From Limnochordales bacterium (GTDB lineage: Bacteria > Bacillota > Limnochordia > Limnochordales > ZCTH02-B6): a stretch of 64,000 nt of DNA. The DNA lies in NCBI GenBank assembly GCA_035304545.1, contig DATGPV010000061.1, positions 1,880-65,879 of the forward strand. Reading direction: 5' to 3'. Positions 9,699-21,102 of this stretch are shown one piece after another (positions within the stretch are counted from its first letter, which is position 1; every line of letters starts with the position of its first letter). Both the position numbers and the translations under genes were made by a program. The notes under the pieces are model-generated. The model had not been told where the DNA came from and searched no databases. It saw only the letters and a list, made by a program, of their open reading frames with translations.

Positions 9699-11291
9699 TC
9701 ACCAGCGCACCAGCCGCGTGTCCCACAAGTCCTCCATCTGTTCCAGCTGCTGCAAGACAGGCCCGGGAATCGGGTCGTCAACGCCCAGCACCATCACCGC
9801 GTGGCCGCCTACCTCTTTGCGGCCCACCTGCATAAAAGCGATGTTGATGGCGCTTTCGCCCAGCAGCGTCCCCACCCGGCCGATCATGCCCGGCCGGTCC
9901 ACGTTGCGGGCCACCAGCAGGTACCCGGACGTGTCCACATTGACCCGGTAGCCGTCGATGCCCACCAGCGTCGGCACGTTCCGGCCCGTCAGGGTGCCCG
10001 CCACGGTGCGGTCGCCAGTGTGGCCGTTGGTGCCCCGCAGGGTGATCAGGCTCTGGTAGTCGCCCGCGTCCCCCTGGCGGGTTTCCGCCACCTGGATGCC
10101 CCGTTCCCGGGCCACCAGCGGCGCGTTGACGTAATTGACCGCCTCGTGCAGGATAGGGTCCAGCATCCCTTTGAGCACCGCCCGGGTCAGGGGGGCGCAG
10201 TCCATTTCGGCCAGCTGGCCGCTGTAGACGATCTCCAGCCGCCGGTGCCCACCGCCCACCAGCTCTGTATAAAGCCGCCCCAACCGTTCGGCCAGGTCCA
10301 GGAAAGGCGCGAGCTTCTCCATCTCTTCGGGCGACAGGGCCGGCAGGTTGACGGCATTGCGCACGGGCTGGCCCCGCAGCGCCCGCACCAGCTGGGCGGC
10401 CACGTCCACCGCCACGTGGATTTGGGACTCGGCCGTGGACGCGCCCAAATGCGGCGTCACCACCACCCGGGGGTGGCCCACCAGCGGGCTGTCCCAGGGC
10501 GGTTCGTGGCGGAACACGTCCAGGGCCGCCCCGGCCACCTTGCCCTCCTCCAGCGCCTCATACAGCGCCTCTTCGTCGATAATGCCGCCCCGGGCGCAGT
10601 TGATGATGCGCACCCCGGGCTGCATAAGTTCAAACTGGCGCCGGCCGATGAGGTTCTCGGTGGCCCGGGTCAGGGGCGTGTGCACCGTGATGACGTGGGC
10701 CCGCCGGCAGATGTCGTCCACGTCCGCCAGCTCCACGCCCAACTCCTTGGCCCGCTCGGACGAAATGTAGGGGTCGTAGGCCAACACTTCCATCCCCAAG
10801 GCCAAAGCCCGGCGAGCCACCTGGCTGCCGATGCGGCCAAGGCCGATGACGCCCAGCACCTTGCCCTGCACCTGCATCCCCATAAACCGCTGCCGGTCCC
10901 ACTGGCGGTCGCGGCTCACCGCCGCGTGGGCCTGGGGGATCCAGCGGGCCAGGGCGAACATCATCGCGATGGTGTGCTCGGCGGTGGCGATGGTGTTGCC
11001 TTCCGGCGCGTTAATGACAACGATGCCCTTGCGGGTGGCCGCGTCCACGTCGATGTTGTCCACGCCGACGCCCGCCCGGCCGATGACCCGCAGCCGGCTG
11101 GCCGCGGCGATCACCTCCGCGGTTACCCGCGTCGCGCTGCGCACGATCAACCCGTCGTACTGGCCGATGCAGTCCACCAGCTCCGCCGGGGTCAGCCCCG
11201 GGCAGACATCCACCTGGATGCCCACCTGCTGCCGCAAGAGCGCTAACCCTTCCTCGGAGATGGGGTCGGCCACCAGCACTCTCAAGTCCAC
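9699..11291 (-). CDS. serA: D-3-phosphoglycerate dehydrogenase (long form with ASB/ACT C-terminal domains)
   Basis: [16 protein letters not shown]...[16 protein letters not shown]...ARGGIIDE...; about 530 aa. The GTG at 11291 overlaps the upstream aminotransferase stop. The track's 719-aa version has a spurious N-terminal extension. Confidence 0.9.
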   Translation of the reverse strand: MDLRVLVADPISEEGLALLRQQVGIQVDVCPGLTPAELVDCIGQYDGLIVRSATRVTAEVIAAASRLRVIGRAGVGVDNIDVDAATRKGIVVINAPEGNTIATAEHTIAMMFALARWIPQAHAAVSRDRQWDRQRFMGMQVQGKVLGVIGLGRIGSQVARRALALGMEVLAYDPYISSERAKELGVELADVDDICRRAHVITVHTPLTRATENLIGRRQFELMQPGVRIINCARGGIIDEEALYEALEEGKVAGAALDVFRHEPPWDSPLVGHPRVVVTPHLGASTAESQIHVAVDVAAQLVRALRGQPVRNAVNLPALSPEEMEKLAPFLDLAERLGRLYTELVGGGHRRLEIVYSGQLAEMDCAPLTRAVLKGMLDPILHEAVNYVNAPLVARERGIQVAETRQGDAGDYQSLITLRGTNGHTGDRTVAGTLTGRNVPTLVGIDGYRVNVDTSGYLLVARNVDRPGMIGRVGTLLGESAINIAFMQVGRKEVGGHAVMVLGVDDPIPGPVLQQLEQMEDLWDTRLVRW

Positions 11292-12445
11292 CGGGCCCAA
11301 ACCTCCTGGGCCGCGGCGACGCCGGTTCCCAGTTTCACCGGATAGCCGCTGGCGGCCAGCCCCTGCTCCACCGCGGCCAACGCGGCGATCATGTCCAGGG
11401 GGCTGGCGTAGCCCATGTGCCCGATGCGGAAGAGGCGGCCTTTGAGCTCGCCTTGGCCGCCGGCCAGCTCCACGCCAAAGCGCTCCCGCACCAGCCGCCG
11501 GAAGGCCTCCACGTCCAGCCCTTCGGGGCCGGCCACCGCGGTGACGGTGGGCGAAGCCCAGCGTTCCTCCGTAAACAGGGGCAGGCCCAAGGCCCGGATC
11601 CCGGCCCGCACCATGTCCCGCAGCAGCCGGTGGCGGGCAAAGGCGTTCTCCAATCCCTCCTCGGCCAGCATGGCCAAGGCCTCCTGCAGGGCGAACACCA
11701 GCGTCACCGCGGGGGTGTAGGGGCTTTCGCCCACCGCCGCGGCCTTGCGGTACGCCCGCAGGTCCAGGTAGTAGCGCCCGGTGGTCACCTGGTCCAGCCG
11801 GGCCAGGGCCGCCGGGCCCAAGGCCACAAAGGACAAGCCCGGCGGCACCATCAGGCATTTCTGGCTCCCGGTGACCACCGCGTCCACGCCCCAGCGGTCC
11901 ATGGGCAGGGGCGCCCCGCCCAGGCCGCTGACGCTGTCGACCACCAGCAGGGCCCGGTGGCGCCCGCCCGCCAGCTCCCGGGCCCGGGACAGCCCCTCGA
12001 TGTCATTGAGGACGCCAGTGGACGATTCGTTGTGGGTGGCAAAGACGGCCACGATGTCCGGGTCCGCGGCCAGCCGCCGCCCCACCTCCTCAGGGTCCGC
12101 GCCTTGCCGCCAGTCGTAGCTGTACTCGATCACGCGGGCACCGAAGGCGCGGGCGATCTCGCCCCACCGCTCGCCAAACTTGCCGCCCACCAGCACCAGC
12201 ACTTTCTCGCCGGGCGACACCAAGTTGACCACCGCGGCTTCCATGGCCGCGGTGCCCGAACCGGTGAGGAGCATGACCTCACCTTGGGTTTCAAACACGT
12301 CCCGCAACTGGGCCGTGACTTGCTTGTACAGCTCCCGAAAAGCCGCGCCCCGGTGGTTGACCATGGCGCGCGCCGCCGCGCGCGTCACCCGCGGCGGCAC
12401 CGGGGTCGGCCCCGGGATGCGCAAGTGTTGCTGCTCGGACGTCAA
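11282..12445 (-). CDS. Class V PLP aminotransferase (serine-pyruvate / phosphoserine aminotransferase type)
   Basis: 387 aa: LRIPGPTPVPPRVTRAAARAMVNHRGAAFRELY...VVTGSQKCLMVPPGLSF (PLP Lys). Coupling to serA suggests a phosphoserine aminotransferase role, which is an inference. Confidence 0.8.
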   Translation of the reverse strand: MTSEQQHLRIPGPTPVPPRVTRAAARAMVNHRGAAFRELYKQVTAQLRDVFETQGEVMLLTGSGTAAMEAAVVNLVSPGEKVLVLVGGKFGERWGEIARAFGARVIEYSYDWRQGADPEEVGRRLAADPDIVAVFATHNESSTGVLNDIEGLSRARELAGGRHRALLVVDSVSGLGGAPLPMDRWGVDAVVTGSQKCLMVPPGLSFVALGPAALARLDQVTTGRYYLDLRAYRKAAAVGESPYTPAVTLVFALQEALAMLAEEGLENAFARHRLLRDMVRAGIRALGLPLFTEERWASPTVTAVAGPEGLDVEAFRRLVRERFGVELAGGQGELKGRLFRIGHMGYASPLDMIAALAAVEQGLAASGYPVKLGTGVAAAQEVWARWT

Positions 12446-12460
12446 CGCCGTGCTGCCTCC

Positions 12461-13516
12461 CTATTCCTGCCCCGCTGCCGCTTGCTGCGCGCCGGTCTGG
12501 GTGCCGTGGGCGCTGCCCCGCTTCTTGGGCTGAATCCAGGGCATCATGGCCCGCAGCTCCCGACCGACCCGCTCGATCAAGTGGTTCTGCTCCTGCTCCC
12601 GCAGGGCCGAATACACAGGACGGCCCGCCTGGTTTTCCAGCACCCATTCCCGGGCGAAGCGGCCGGAGCGGACATCGTCGAGGATCCGCCGCATCTCCCG
12701 GCGGGTTTCCTCGGTGATGATGCGCTTGCCCGCGATCAGGTCGCCGTACTCGGCGGTGTCGCTGATGGAGTAGCGCATGTAGGAGATGCCGCCCTCGTAG
12801 ATGAGGTCGACGATGAGCTTGAGCTCGTGCAGGCATTCGAAGTAGGCCACTTCGGGCTGATACCCCGCCTCCACCAGGGTGTCAAAGCCCGCCCGGATGA
12901 GCTCGGTGACGCCGCCGCACAATACGACCTGCTCGCCGAACAGGTCTGTCTCGGTTTCCTCCTGGAAAGTGGTCTCGATGACGCCCGCCCGGGTGCAGCC
13001 GATGCCGCGGGCGTAGGCCAGGCCCCGCTCCTTGGCCTGGCCGCTGGCATCCTGGTACACCGCCAGCAGCCCCGGCACGCCCTGGCCCGCTTCGTACATG
13101 CGCCGCACCAGGTGGCCCGGGCTCTTGGGCGCCACCATGAAAACGTCCACGTTGGGCGGCGGCACGATCTGGCGAAAATGGATGTTGAACCCGTGGGAGA
13201 ACACGAGGGCTTTGCCGTCGGTCAAGTGGGGCTTGATGTCGTTCTCGTAGATCTGCGGCTGGACCTGGTCCGGCGCCAGCATGACGATGATGTCGGCCTG
13301 GGCCGCGGCTTCGGCCGCGCTCACGGGCTGGAAGCCGTCGGCCACCGCCGCCCGGTAGTTGTCGCTGCCGGGCCGGTTGGCCACGATGACGTTGAGCCCG
13401 CTGTCCCGCAGGTTGAGCGCGTGGGCGTGGCCTTGGCTGCCGTAGCCAATGATGGCGATGGTCAGCCCTTTGAGCACATCGAGATTCGCGTCCTGATCAT
13501 AGTAGATGACCGCCAT
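12461..13516 (-). CDS. ilvC: Ketol-acid reductoisomerase (class I)
   Basis: [40 protein letters not shown]...; ATG at 13516. Confidence 0.95.
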   Translation of the reverse strand: MAVIYYDQDANLDVLKGLTIAIIGYGSQGHAHALNLRDSGLNVIVANRPGSDNYRAAVADGFQPVSAAEAAAQADIIVMLAPDQVQPQIYENDIKPHLTDGKALVFSHGFNIHFRQIVPPPNVDVFMVAPKSPGHLVRRMYEAGQGVPGLLAVYQDASGQAKERGLAYARGIGCTRAGVIETTFQEETETDLFGEQVVLCGGVTELIRAGFDTLVEAGYQPEVAYFECLHELKLIVDLIYEGGISYMRYSISDTAEYGDLIAGKRIITEETRREMRRILDDVRSGRFAREWVLENQAGRPVYSALREQEQNHLIERVGRELRAMMPWIQPKKRGSAHGTQTGAQQAAAGQE

Positions 13517-13607
13517 GAGGGCATTTCCACTCCTTCTGGCACGTGCTTGTTGGCTCTCCCAATCGGGCGCAGCCTGCCGGCGGCCCGGGGCGCCGCCGGT
13601 CCGTCTC

Positions 13608-14159
13608 TTACCCGCTGACCGCCTGCAGGCCACCCGCCGGCCGGGCCGCGTCCGGGCTGACCGCCCGGGGGCCGCGCGTCATGGCCACCCGGCCCGTGCG
13701 CACGATCTCCTTGATCCCAAAAGGCCGCAGGAGGTCGATCATGGCCTTGACCTTGTCGGTGTCGCCCGTCACCTCCACCACCAGCGAGCGCTCGCTGACG
13801 TCGATGACGCTGGCCCGGAAAATGTCCACGATCTGCAAGATCTCCGACCGGTTGCTGCGGTCCGCCGACACCTTGATCAGGGCCAGCTCCCGTTCCACCA
13901 TCTCCTGGGGCGCCAGCTCGGAGATCTTGATGACCTCGATGAGCTTGTGCAGCTGCTTGGTGACCTGCTCCACCTCGGCCTCGTCGCCGGTGACCACGAT
14001 GGTCATGCGGGAGTAGCGCCGGTCTTCGGTGGTGCCCACCACAATGCTTTCGATGTTGAATCCCCGCCGGCTGAACAGGCCCGCCACCCGGCTCAAGACC
14101 CCGGGCCGGTTTTCCACCAGCACCGACAGGGTATGTTCCCGTTCCCTGGACGCCTGCAT
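13608..14159 (-). CDS. ilvN: Acetolactate synthase small (regulatory, ACT) subunit
   Basis: [46 protein letters not shown]... The ATG at 14159 overlaps the ilvB TGA by 1 nt. Confidence 0.9.
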   Translation of the reverse strand: MQASREREHTLSVLVENRPGVLSRVAGLFSRRGFNIESIVVGTTEDRRYSRMTIVVTGDEAEVEQVTKQLHKLIEVIKISELAPQEMVERELALIKVSADRSNRSEILQIVDIFRASVIDVSERSLVVEVTGDTDKVKAMIDLLRPFGIKEIVRTGRVAMTRGPRAVSPDAARPAGGLQAVSG

Positions 14160-15892
14160 CACTCGATCCATCCCTTCGGACCCAGCATCTCGCTGTTGGA
14201 ACCGCCCGCGGGCACCATGGGGAAGCAGTTCTCCTCCTCCACGACCCGGAAGTCCATGACCACGGGGCCGTCGTGGGCCCGGGCCTCCTCCAGGGCCGGC
14301 TTCACGTCGGCGGGATCGGTGATGAGCATCCCCTTGACGCCGTAGCCCTTGGCGATGGTGACGAAATCGGGCGTCCCCAGATAGCTGTCGGCGTAGCGCC
14401 GCCCGTGGAAGAATTCCTGCCACTGGCGCACCATGCCCAGGTACAGGTTGTTGATGATGACCACCTTGACCCCGACGTTAAGGTCTGCCGCGGTGGCCAG
14501 CTCCTGGATGTTCATCTGGAAGCTGCCGTCGCCCGACACCACGAAGACTTCCTTGTCGGGACGGGCCAGCTTGGCGCCGATGGCCGCCGGAAAACCGAAG
14601 CCCATGGTGCCCAGGCCGCCGGAGGAAAGGAAGTGGCGGGGATGCTTGACCCTGTAGTACTGGGCGGCCCACATCTGGTGCTGGCCCACGTCGGTGGTGA
14701 CGATGGCCTCGCCGTTGGTCACCTCGTAGATGGCCTCGCACACGTACTGGGGGTGCAGCTGGCCGTCCACCTTGCGGTACTGCAGCGGGTACTCCCGGCG
14801 CCATTCCTCGATCTGCTGCCACCACTCGGGGTGCTTCTTTTCCTTGACCTTTTCCAACAGCACCGAGAGCACCGCCCGGCAGTCGCCGACGATGGGCACG
14901 TGGGCCACCACGTTCTTGCCGATTTCCGCCGGGTCGATGTCGATGTGGATGATCTGCTCCACCCGGGGGGCAAAGGTCTTGAGGTTGCCCGTCACCCGGT
15001 CGTCAAAGCGGGCGCCCACGGCGATGAGGACATCGCAGTTTTGGATCGCGTAGTTGGCGTAGGCGGTCCCGTGCATGCCCAGCATGCCCAAGGACTGGGG
15101 GTGATCTCCAGGGAACGCGCCCAGGCCCATCAACGTCATCGTCACGGGCAGGTCGCACTTCTCCGCGAGGGCCCGCACTTCCTCATGGGCCCCCGACGCG
15201 ATGGCGCCGCCGCCCACGTACAACAGGGGGCGCTGGGCGTTCATGATGGCCCGGGCCGCCGCGAGGATCTGGCGGATGTGGCCCTTGTAGGTGGGCTTGT
15301 AGCCGGGCAGGTCCACGGTTTCGGGATAGGTAAAGTTGAGCTCCTCAAGGCCCACGTCCTTAGGAATGTCTACCAGCACCGGCCCCGGCCGCCCGGTGGT
15401 CGCGATGTGAAACGCGGCTTTGATGGCCCACGGCAGCTCCCGGGCGCTGCGCACCAAGAAATTGTGCTTGGTGACGGGCAGGGTGATGCCCGTGATGTCG
15501 GCTTCCTGGAACGCATCCCGGCCGATGAGGTGCCGGGCCACGTTGCCCGTGATGGCCACCATCGGGATGGAGTCCATGTAGGCGGTGGCCAGACCCGTCA
15601 CCAGGTTGGTAGCCCCCGGACCCGACGTGGCCAGCACCACGCCCGGCCGGCCGGTGGCCCGGGCGTAGCCGTCGGCCATGTGGGTCGCGCCCTGCTCGTG
15701 GCGGCACAACACCGTGCGCAGCCCCGAATCATACAGAGCATCGTACAGCGGCAGCACCGCGCCGCCGGGAATGCCAAAGATGTACTCGACGCCTTCGGCC
15801 TTCAAGCACTCGACCAGCGCCTGGGCGCCCGTCATGCGGACGGGGGACGGCTTCTTGCCGCTGCCCTGCACGGCCAGGTCGATGGCTGACAT
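14159..15892 (-). CDS. ilvB: Acetolactate synthase large (catalytic, ThDP) subunit
   Basis: MSAIDLAV...[34 protein letters not shown]...[16 protein letters not shown]... The ATG at 15892 follows GGAGGAGGG. Confidence 0.95.
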   Translation of the reverse strand: MSAIDLAVQGSGKKPSPVRMTGAQALVECLKAEGVEYIFGIPGGAVLPLYDALYDSGLRTVLCRHEQGATHMADGYARATGRPGVVLATSGPGATNLVTGLATAYMDSIPMVAITGNVARHLIGRDAFQEADITGITLPVTKHNFLVRSARELPWAIKAAFHIATTGRPGPVLVDIPKDVGLEELNFTYPETVDLPGYKPTYKGHIRQILAAARAIMNAQRPLLYVGGGAIASGAHEEVRALAEKCDLPVTMTLMGLGAFPGDHPQSLGMLGMHGTAYANYAIQNCDVLIAVGARFDDRVTGNLKTFAPRVEQIIHIDIDPAEIGKNVVAHVPIVGDCRAVLSVLLEKVKEKKHPEWWQQIEEWRREYPLQYRKVDGQLHPQYVCEAIYEVTNGEAIVTTDVGQHQMWAAQYYRVKHPRHFLSSGGLGTMGFGFPAAIGAKLARPDKEVFVVSGDGSFQMNIQELATAADLNVGVKVVIINNLYLGMVRQWQEFFHGRRYADSYLGTPDFVTIAKGYGVKGMLITDPADVKPALEEARAHDGPVVMDFRVVEEENCFPMVPAGGSNSEMLGPKGWIE

Positions 15893-15987
15893 CCCAAAAT
15901 CCCTCCTCCGGTCGTGTAGACGCGCTGGGTCCCGTCGGGGCGCGACGCCGCCGCACCCGCGGGTGCCCGCCGCCAAGGCCGCATACG

Positions 15988-16030
15988 AAAAAACCCTTCG
16001 CCCCTGGCACAGGTTGCCAGGGGCGAAGGG
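15988..16030 (-). terminator. Intrinsic terminator of the T-box leader
   Basis: The minus strand reads CCCTTCGCCCCTGGCAACCTGTGCCAGGGGCGAAGGG followed by TTTTTT. Its 5' arm can alternatively pair with the T-box sequence to form the antiterminator. Confidence 0.8.
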
Positions 16031-16405
16031 AAACGCCTTCGCGGTACCACCCTGCTTCGCTGCGGCCTCGCGGCCCTCAGCCTCCGGCGCTCACGCCCCA
16101 CCAAGGTCCGCCGGCCGCCGGCGGGACTCCCCGCCGCGGCAGGCGTGAGCTGGCTTGATAACGGGTGCGCTGGCGGACCAGCGGCTCCCGGCCTGGCTTA
16201 ATGATCGGCCCCGGCACCGCCGCCCGCGGTCGCGCATAGGCTGTACGCGGCGGGCAACGGCACGCCGGACCGACGTTGGGCCGGCAGCTCCGGGACGAGT
16301 TCGGCACTGGCTGCGGCACCGGCTTCGCACCCACCGCCGGCTCTCTTGGCCCGCCTGGCGCCTACTGCTTCCCTTCATCGCCATTGACTTACCGCTATGA
16401 TATTG
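15988..16405 (-). promoter_or_regulatory. T-box riboswitch leader, probable tRNA-Leu (CUC specifier), controlling the ilv-leu operon
   Basis: The minus strand shows a stem I GA/K-turn motif (GCGATGAAGGGAAGCAGTAGG), an AGAGA box with a GGTGGGTGCGAA distal loop, and GAA-CTC-G in the specifier-loop position (CTC = 16299..16297). The canonical T-box AGGGTGGTACCGCG is at 16053..16040, followed by the terminator. Confidence 0.75.
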
Positions 16406-16411
16406 CTTACT

Positions 16412-16440
16412 AGCATAGCCAAGGATCGGCACCGTGTCAA
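16412..16440 (-). promoter_or_regulatory. Sigma-A-type promoter of the ilv-leu T-box leader
   Basis: Minus strand: TTGACA (16440..16435), a 17-nt spacer, then TATGCT (16417..16412). Confidence 0.6.
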
Positions 16441-16668
16441 CGGTTTTTTCACCGGTGGATGGCGTCAAGCCACGGCGCGTGGTGATCATCGCCACCATTC
16501 CGGCATGGTGGCAGCAAACCCCGTGGACGCAGCGTTGGCCCTTGCTCCGGACGGCAAAGGCCGCGTCCTTCGCGGCATTCCCTCTGACCACAACTTCTCC
16601 CTGGGCGATCCTGTCGTTCACTTTGTTGTACAATAGGAGCCAGATTGGGATCAGGAGGTGACGGGGCC

Positions 16669-17721
16669 GTGAGCACGCGCGAAGAGCTGCGCCTGACGCA
16701 GATGACCTCCAAGGCCGGGTGAGGGTGCAAAATCGGTCCTGGGGACCTGGCGCAAGTTTTGCGCCACCTGCCTCCTTCCATACCGGATCCCAACGTCCTG
16801 GTGGGGCTGGATGCCCCCGATGACGCGGGGGTTTACCGGCTGTCGGACGATGTGGCCCTGGTGCAGACGGTGGACTTTTTCACGCCCATCGTGGACGACC
16901 CGTATGCCTTTGGCCAGATCGCCGCGGCCAACGCCCTGTCCGACGTGTACGCCATGGGCGGCCGGCCCCTGAGTTGCCTCAACATCGTCGGCTTCCCTGT
17001 CAACAAGCTGCCGGCCCAGGTGCTGGCCGACATTTTGCGGGGCGGCGCGGACAAAGTGCGCGAAGCGGGCGCGGTGATCATCGGCGGCCACAGCGTCGAC
17101 GACGCGGAGCCCAAGTACGGCCTGGCGGTGTTGGGAATCGTGCACCCGCAGCGGCTGTTGACCAAGGCCGGGGCGCGGCCCGGCGATGTGCTGGTCTTGA
17201 CCAAGCCCATCGGCGTCGGCGCCATCACCACCGCCATCAAGCGGGGGCTCGCGTCCGACGACGAGATCGAGGAAGTCGTGGACGTCATGCGCCGCCTCAA
17301 CAACGTCACCGACGTGCTGCACCGGGCCGGCGTCCGGGCAGCCACCGACATCACCGGCTTTGGACTTCTGGGCCATGCAGCGGAAATGGCCCGGGAGAGC
17401 CGGGTGGCGCTGCGGATCTCGGCGGGACAAGTCCCCGTCCTTCCCGCGGCCTATAAGTACGCCGAGCAAAACGTGTTTCCAGGCGGGTCCCGCGCCAACC
17501 GCCGGTTCGTGGAGCCGTGGGTCACCTTCTCCGACGCCGTCCCCGAACCCCAGCGCATGATCCTCTGTGATGCGGTCACTTCGGGCGGCCTCCTCATCGC
17601 CTGCCCGCCGGCCGAGCTGGAGCAATTGCTGGCCGGGCTGCGGGACGCGGGGACCATCAGCCAAGCCGTCATCGGACAAGTAGAAAAGGGCCCGGCGGGA
17701 CACATCACCGTCGAGCCCTAG
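16669..17721 (+). CDS. selD: Selenide, water dikinase (selenophosphate synthetase) with an in-frame UGA = selenocysteine at 16720..16722
   Basis: The track ORF (16759..17721) is SelD-like but lacks the catalytic N-terminus. The same frame read from GTG 16669 (AGGAGG at 16653) gives VSTREELRLTQMTSKAG-U-GCKIGPGDLAQVL, which matches the SelD GxG(C/U)GCK loop. Confidence 0.85.
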
Positions 17722-17809
17722 CTCCGATAGGCAGGCCCTTCGCCTGCGCCGCGGCGGGCAAGACCGCTCTGGCGGCCGGTCCTGCACCCCTTCCGCCCAT
17801 GGTCCCCCA

Positions 17810-20800
17810 TTACGGCATCGGGTTGCCGCTGGGCTGCAGGGGCCGGCCCTCCCGCAGCTGGAGGTACTCGCCCAGGGACCGGACCCCCACCTGCCGCCCG
17901 TCGCTCAAGGCGCGGATGACGTCCAGCAAAGCCTTGGCCGTGTCCAGGGACGTGACGCAGGGCACCCGGAACTCCACCGCGGCCCGGCGCATGCGAAAAC
18001 CGTTGCGGGCCGGCAGCCGCCCCCGGGTGGGTGTGTTGATGAGGAGGTCGATCTCCCCGTCGCGGATTAGCTCCACGATGTCAGGGTGGCCTTCCCCGAT
18101 CTTGTAGACCGTGTCCACCTCAAGGCCTTGCTCCCTTAGATACCGGGCGGTGCCCGCGGTGGCCAGCACCCGGAAACCCAGCTCCGCGAAGCCCGCGGCC
18201 AGGGCTGCCCCTTCCGCCTTGTCCTTGTCCGCCAGGGTAATCAGCACCGTGCCCCGGGTCGGGATCACGGATCCGGCCGCCACCAGCCCCTTGTACATGG
18301 CGTGGGCCGGGTCCGGATCGATGCCCAGCACTTCGCCGGTGGACTTCATCTCCGGCCCCAGAAACACATCGACGCGGCCCAGCTTCTCAAAGGAGAATAC
18401 CGGCGCCTTGACCGACATGTAAGGCGGCGGAGGCAAAAGGCCGTCCTCAGGATAGCCCAGATCCGCCAGGCGCTGGCCCAGGCTCACCCGGGTCGCCAGG
18501 GCGATGATGGGCACGCCCGTCACCTTGCTCATGACGGGCACCGTGCGGCTGGCCCGCGGGTTGACCTCGAGGACGTACAGGCGCCCTTCGTGCAGCACGT
18601 ACTGGATGTTGAGGACACCCCGCACGTCCAGCGCCAGCGCGATGCGGCGGGTGTAGTCCACCAGTTGATCGATCTGCTCCTGCGTGAGGCTGCGGGGCGG
18701 GAACACCGCGGTGCTGTCGCCCGAGTGAACCCCGGCCCGCTCCACATGCTCCATGATGCCGGGGATCAACACGCGCTCGCCGTCGGCCACCGCGTCCACT
18801 TCCAGCTCCTTGCCGGGAAGGTAGCGGTCCACCAGCACCGGGTACTCGGGCGTCACTTCCACGGCGTATTTCATGTATTCCAAGAGCTCCTGCTCGTCGT
18901 GGACGATCTCCATGGCCCGCCCGCCCAGCACATACGAAGGCCGCACCATCAGAGGGAAACCCAGCTTCAGGGCGATGCCCATGGCCTCCTGGATGGAGGT
19001 GGCCGTCCGCCCTTCGGCCTGGGGGATCCCCAGGCGCCGCAGGAGCTGGCCGAACTTCTCCCGGTCTTCGGCCAGGTCAATGGCCTCCACCGAGGTGCCC
19101 AGCACCGGGACGCCGGCCCGGGCCAGGGGCCCCGCCAGGTTGATGGCGGTCTGGCCGCCAAACTGGACGATGACCCCCTTGGGCCGCTCCCTTTCCACCA
19201 CGTTGAGCACGTCTTCGACGGTCAAAGGTTCGAAGTAGAGCCTGTCCGCGGTGTCAAAATCGGTGCTGACGGTTTCCGGGTTGTTGTTGATGATGATGGC
19301 GTTGTAGCCTGCCTCCCGCAAGGCCCACACCGCGTGCACCGAGCAGTAGTCAAACTCTACCCCCTGCCCGATGCGGATCGGTCCTGAACCCAACACCAGC
19401 ACCGACGGGCCGTCCAGGGGCGGCACCGGGTCCCCGCCGCGGTAGGTGGAGTAGTAGTAGGGGCTGGCTGCGCCCGGCCCCGCGGGATGGGTGGCCACCG
19501 CTTTGTAGCCCGGCGCGATGCCCCGGTCCTGGCGAGCCCGGCGCAAATCGCCTTCGGCCACGCCGGCGAGGGACGCGATCTCCCGGTCGGCCATGCCCAT
19601 GGCCTTCGCGGCTCGCACCCGCTCCCACGCGGCTTCGTCCCACGCGGTGCAGGGGCCCTGCTCCCGCAAGGCCAGGAGCTCCTTTTCCATGGCGACGATG
19701 CGCCCGATGGCGGCGATGAAGTAGGGATCGATGGCGGTGGCGCGGGCCACCTCGGTCTCGGACATGCCCCGGCGCAAGGCCTCGGCTAGGACAAACAGGC
19801 GCTCGTCGTCCCCCGCGGGCAGGCGGCGGCGCACCTCCTCCCCGGACCACTGGTCCACGCCTTTGAGGCGCAGCCCGGACGCGCCGACCTCCAGGGACCG
19901 CACCGCCTTGAGCAGGGCCCCCTCCAAGGTGCGATCGATGGCCATGACCTCGCCAGTGGCCTTCATCTGGGTGCCCAGCACCCGGTCGGCGGTGACGAAC
20001 TTGTCAAAGGGCCAGCGGGGGATCTTGACCACCACATAATCCAGCTGCGGCTCAAAATGGGCTGTCGCGTCGCTGCCCGGGGCGATGCGGATCTCGTCCA
20101 GGGTGAGGCCGATGGCGATTTTGGCCGCCACCCGGGCGATGGGATACCCCGTAGCCTTGGAGGCCAGGGCGCTGGACCGGCTCACCCGGGGATTGACTTC
20201 GATGACGTAATAATCGTTGCTGTAGGGCGAGAGGGCGAACTGGACGTTGCAGCCGCCCTCGATCCCCAAGGCCCGGATGATGCGCACCGCCGCGTCCCGC
20301 AGCAGGCGGTACTGCTCGGGCGTCAGCGTCTGGGTCGGCGCCACCACGATGCTGTCACCGGTGTGAATCCCGATGGGATCCATGTTTTCCATGCCGCACA
20401 CCGCGATGCAGTTGTCCGCGCCGTCCCGGATCACTTCAAACTCGATTTCTTTCCACCCGGCCACGCTGCGCTCCAGGAGCACCTGGCCCGCGGGGCTGTT
20501 GCGCAAGCCCCGGCGCACGATCTCCTCAAACTGGGCCTCAGTATTGGCGATGCCGCCGCCGGTGCCGCCCAGGGTGTAGGCCGGCCGGGCGATGACGGGC
20601 AGGCCGATGTCGTCCAAGAACGCGCGCGCCTCCGCCAGGCTGGACACGATGCGGCTTTCGGGCACCGGTTCACCCAGCTCCATCATGGTGCGCTTGAAAA
20701 GATCCCGGTCTTCGGCCCGCTGGATGGCTTCCAGGGGAGTACCCAAGAGGCGCACGCCGAGGTGATCCAAAAGCCCCCGGCGGTTGAGCTCCACCGCCAG

Positions 20801-21100
20801 ATTGAGCCCCGTCTGGCCGCCCAAGGTGGGCAGCAGCCCATCGGGCCGCTCCCGTTCCAGCACCTGGTGCACCAGCTCGGGCGTGAGGGGCTCGATGTAC
20901 ACCCGGTCCGCGATGTGGGTGTCGGTCATGATGGTGGCCGGGTTGGAATTGATGAGGACGACCTCGACGCCTTCCTCCCGCAGGGCGCGGCACGCCTGCG
21001 TCCCCGCGTAGTCGAACTCCGCGGCCTGGCCGATGACGATGGGCCCGGAGCCGATGACGCACACTTTCCTCAAACCCTTGTCCTTGGGCAAAGCCTTCAC
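17810..21100 (-). CDS. carB: Carbamoyl-phosphate synthase large subunit
   Basis: 1096 aa: [34 protein letters not shown]..., a duplicated ATP-grasp halves architecture, and a C-terminal MGS-like domain. Confidence 0.95.
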   Translation of the reverse strand: MKALPKDKGLRKVCVIGSGPIVIGQAAEFDYAGTQACRALREEGVEVVLINSNPATIMTDTHIADRVYIEPLTPELVHQVLERERPDGLLPTLGGQTGLNLAVELNRRGLLDHLGVRLLGTPLEAIQRAEDRDLFKRTMMELGEPVPESRIVSSLAEARAFLDDIGLPVIARPAYTLGGTGGGIANTEAQFEEIVRRGLRNSPAGQVLLERSVAGWKEIEFEVIRDGADNCIAVCGMENMDPIGIHTGDSIVVAPTQTLTPEQYRLLRDAAVRIIRALGIEGGCNVQFALSPYSNDYYVIEVNPRVSRSSALASKATGYPIARVAAKIAIGLTLDEIRIAPGSDATAHFEPQLDYVVVKIPRWPFDKFVTADRVLGTQMKATGEVMAIDRTLEGALLKAVRSLEVGASGLRLKGVDQWSGEEVRRRLPAGDDERLFVLAEALRRGMSETEVARATAIDPYFIAAIGRIVAMEKELLALREQGPCTAWDEAAWERVRAAKAMGMADREIASLAGVAEGDLRRARQDRGIAPGYKAVATHPAGPGAASPYYYSTYRGGDPVPPLDGPSVLVLGSGPIRIGQGVEFDYCSVHAVWALREAGYNAIIINNNPETVSTDFDTADRLYFEPLTVEDVLNVVERERPKGVIVQFGGQTAINLAGPLARAGVPVLGTSVEAIDLAEDREKFGQLLRRLGIPQAEGRTATSIQEAMGIALKLGFPLMVRPSYVLGGRAMEIVHDEQELLEYMKYAVEVTPEYPVLVDRYLPGKELEVDAVADGERVLIPGIMEHVERAGVHSGDSTAVFPPRSLTQEQIDQLVDYTRRIALALDVRGVLNIQYVLHEGRLYVLEVNPRASRTVPVMSKVTGVPIIALATRVSLGQRLADLGYPEDGLLPPPPYMSVKAPVFSFEKLGRVDVFLGPEMKSTGEVLGIDPDPAHAMYKGLVAAGSVIPTRGTVLITLADKDKAEGAALAAGFAELGFRVLATAGTARYLREQGLEVDTVYKIGEGHPDIVELIRDGEIDLLINTPTRGRLPARNGFRMRRAAVEFRVPCVTSLDTAKALLDVIRALSDGRQVGVRSLGEYLQLREGRPLQPSGNPMP

Positions 21101-21102
21101 CT

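Noticed and set aside
9699-11858. N-terminally extended versions of real genes in the ORF track. Examples are serA 719 aa, argD 615 aa, argC 436 aa, leuA 554 aa, ilvB 605 aa, ccmB 321 aa and trxA 217 aa.
   Set aside because: The extensions overlap the upstream gene and are Gly/Arg/Pro-rich. They precede an internal start codon that has a good SD and lines up with the expected family N-terminus. Shorter coordinates are reported instead.
16091-16633. 180-aa minus-strand ORF upstream of ilvB.
   Set aside because: It coincides with the T-box leader RNA (promoter, stem I, T-box sequence, terminator), and its translation has no protein-like features.
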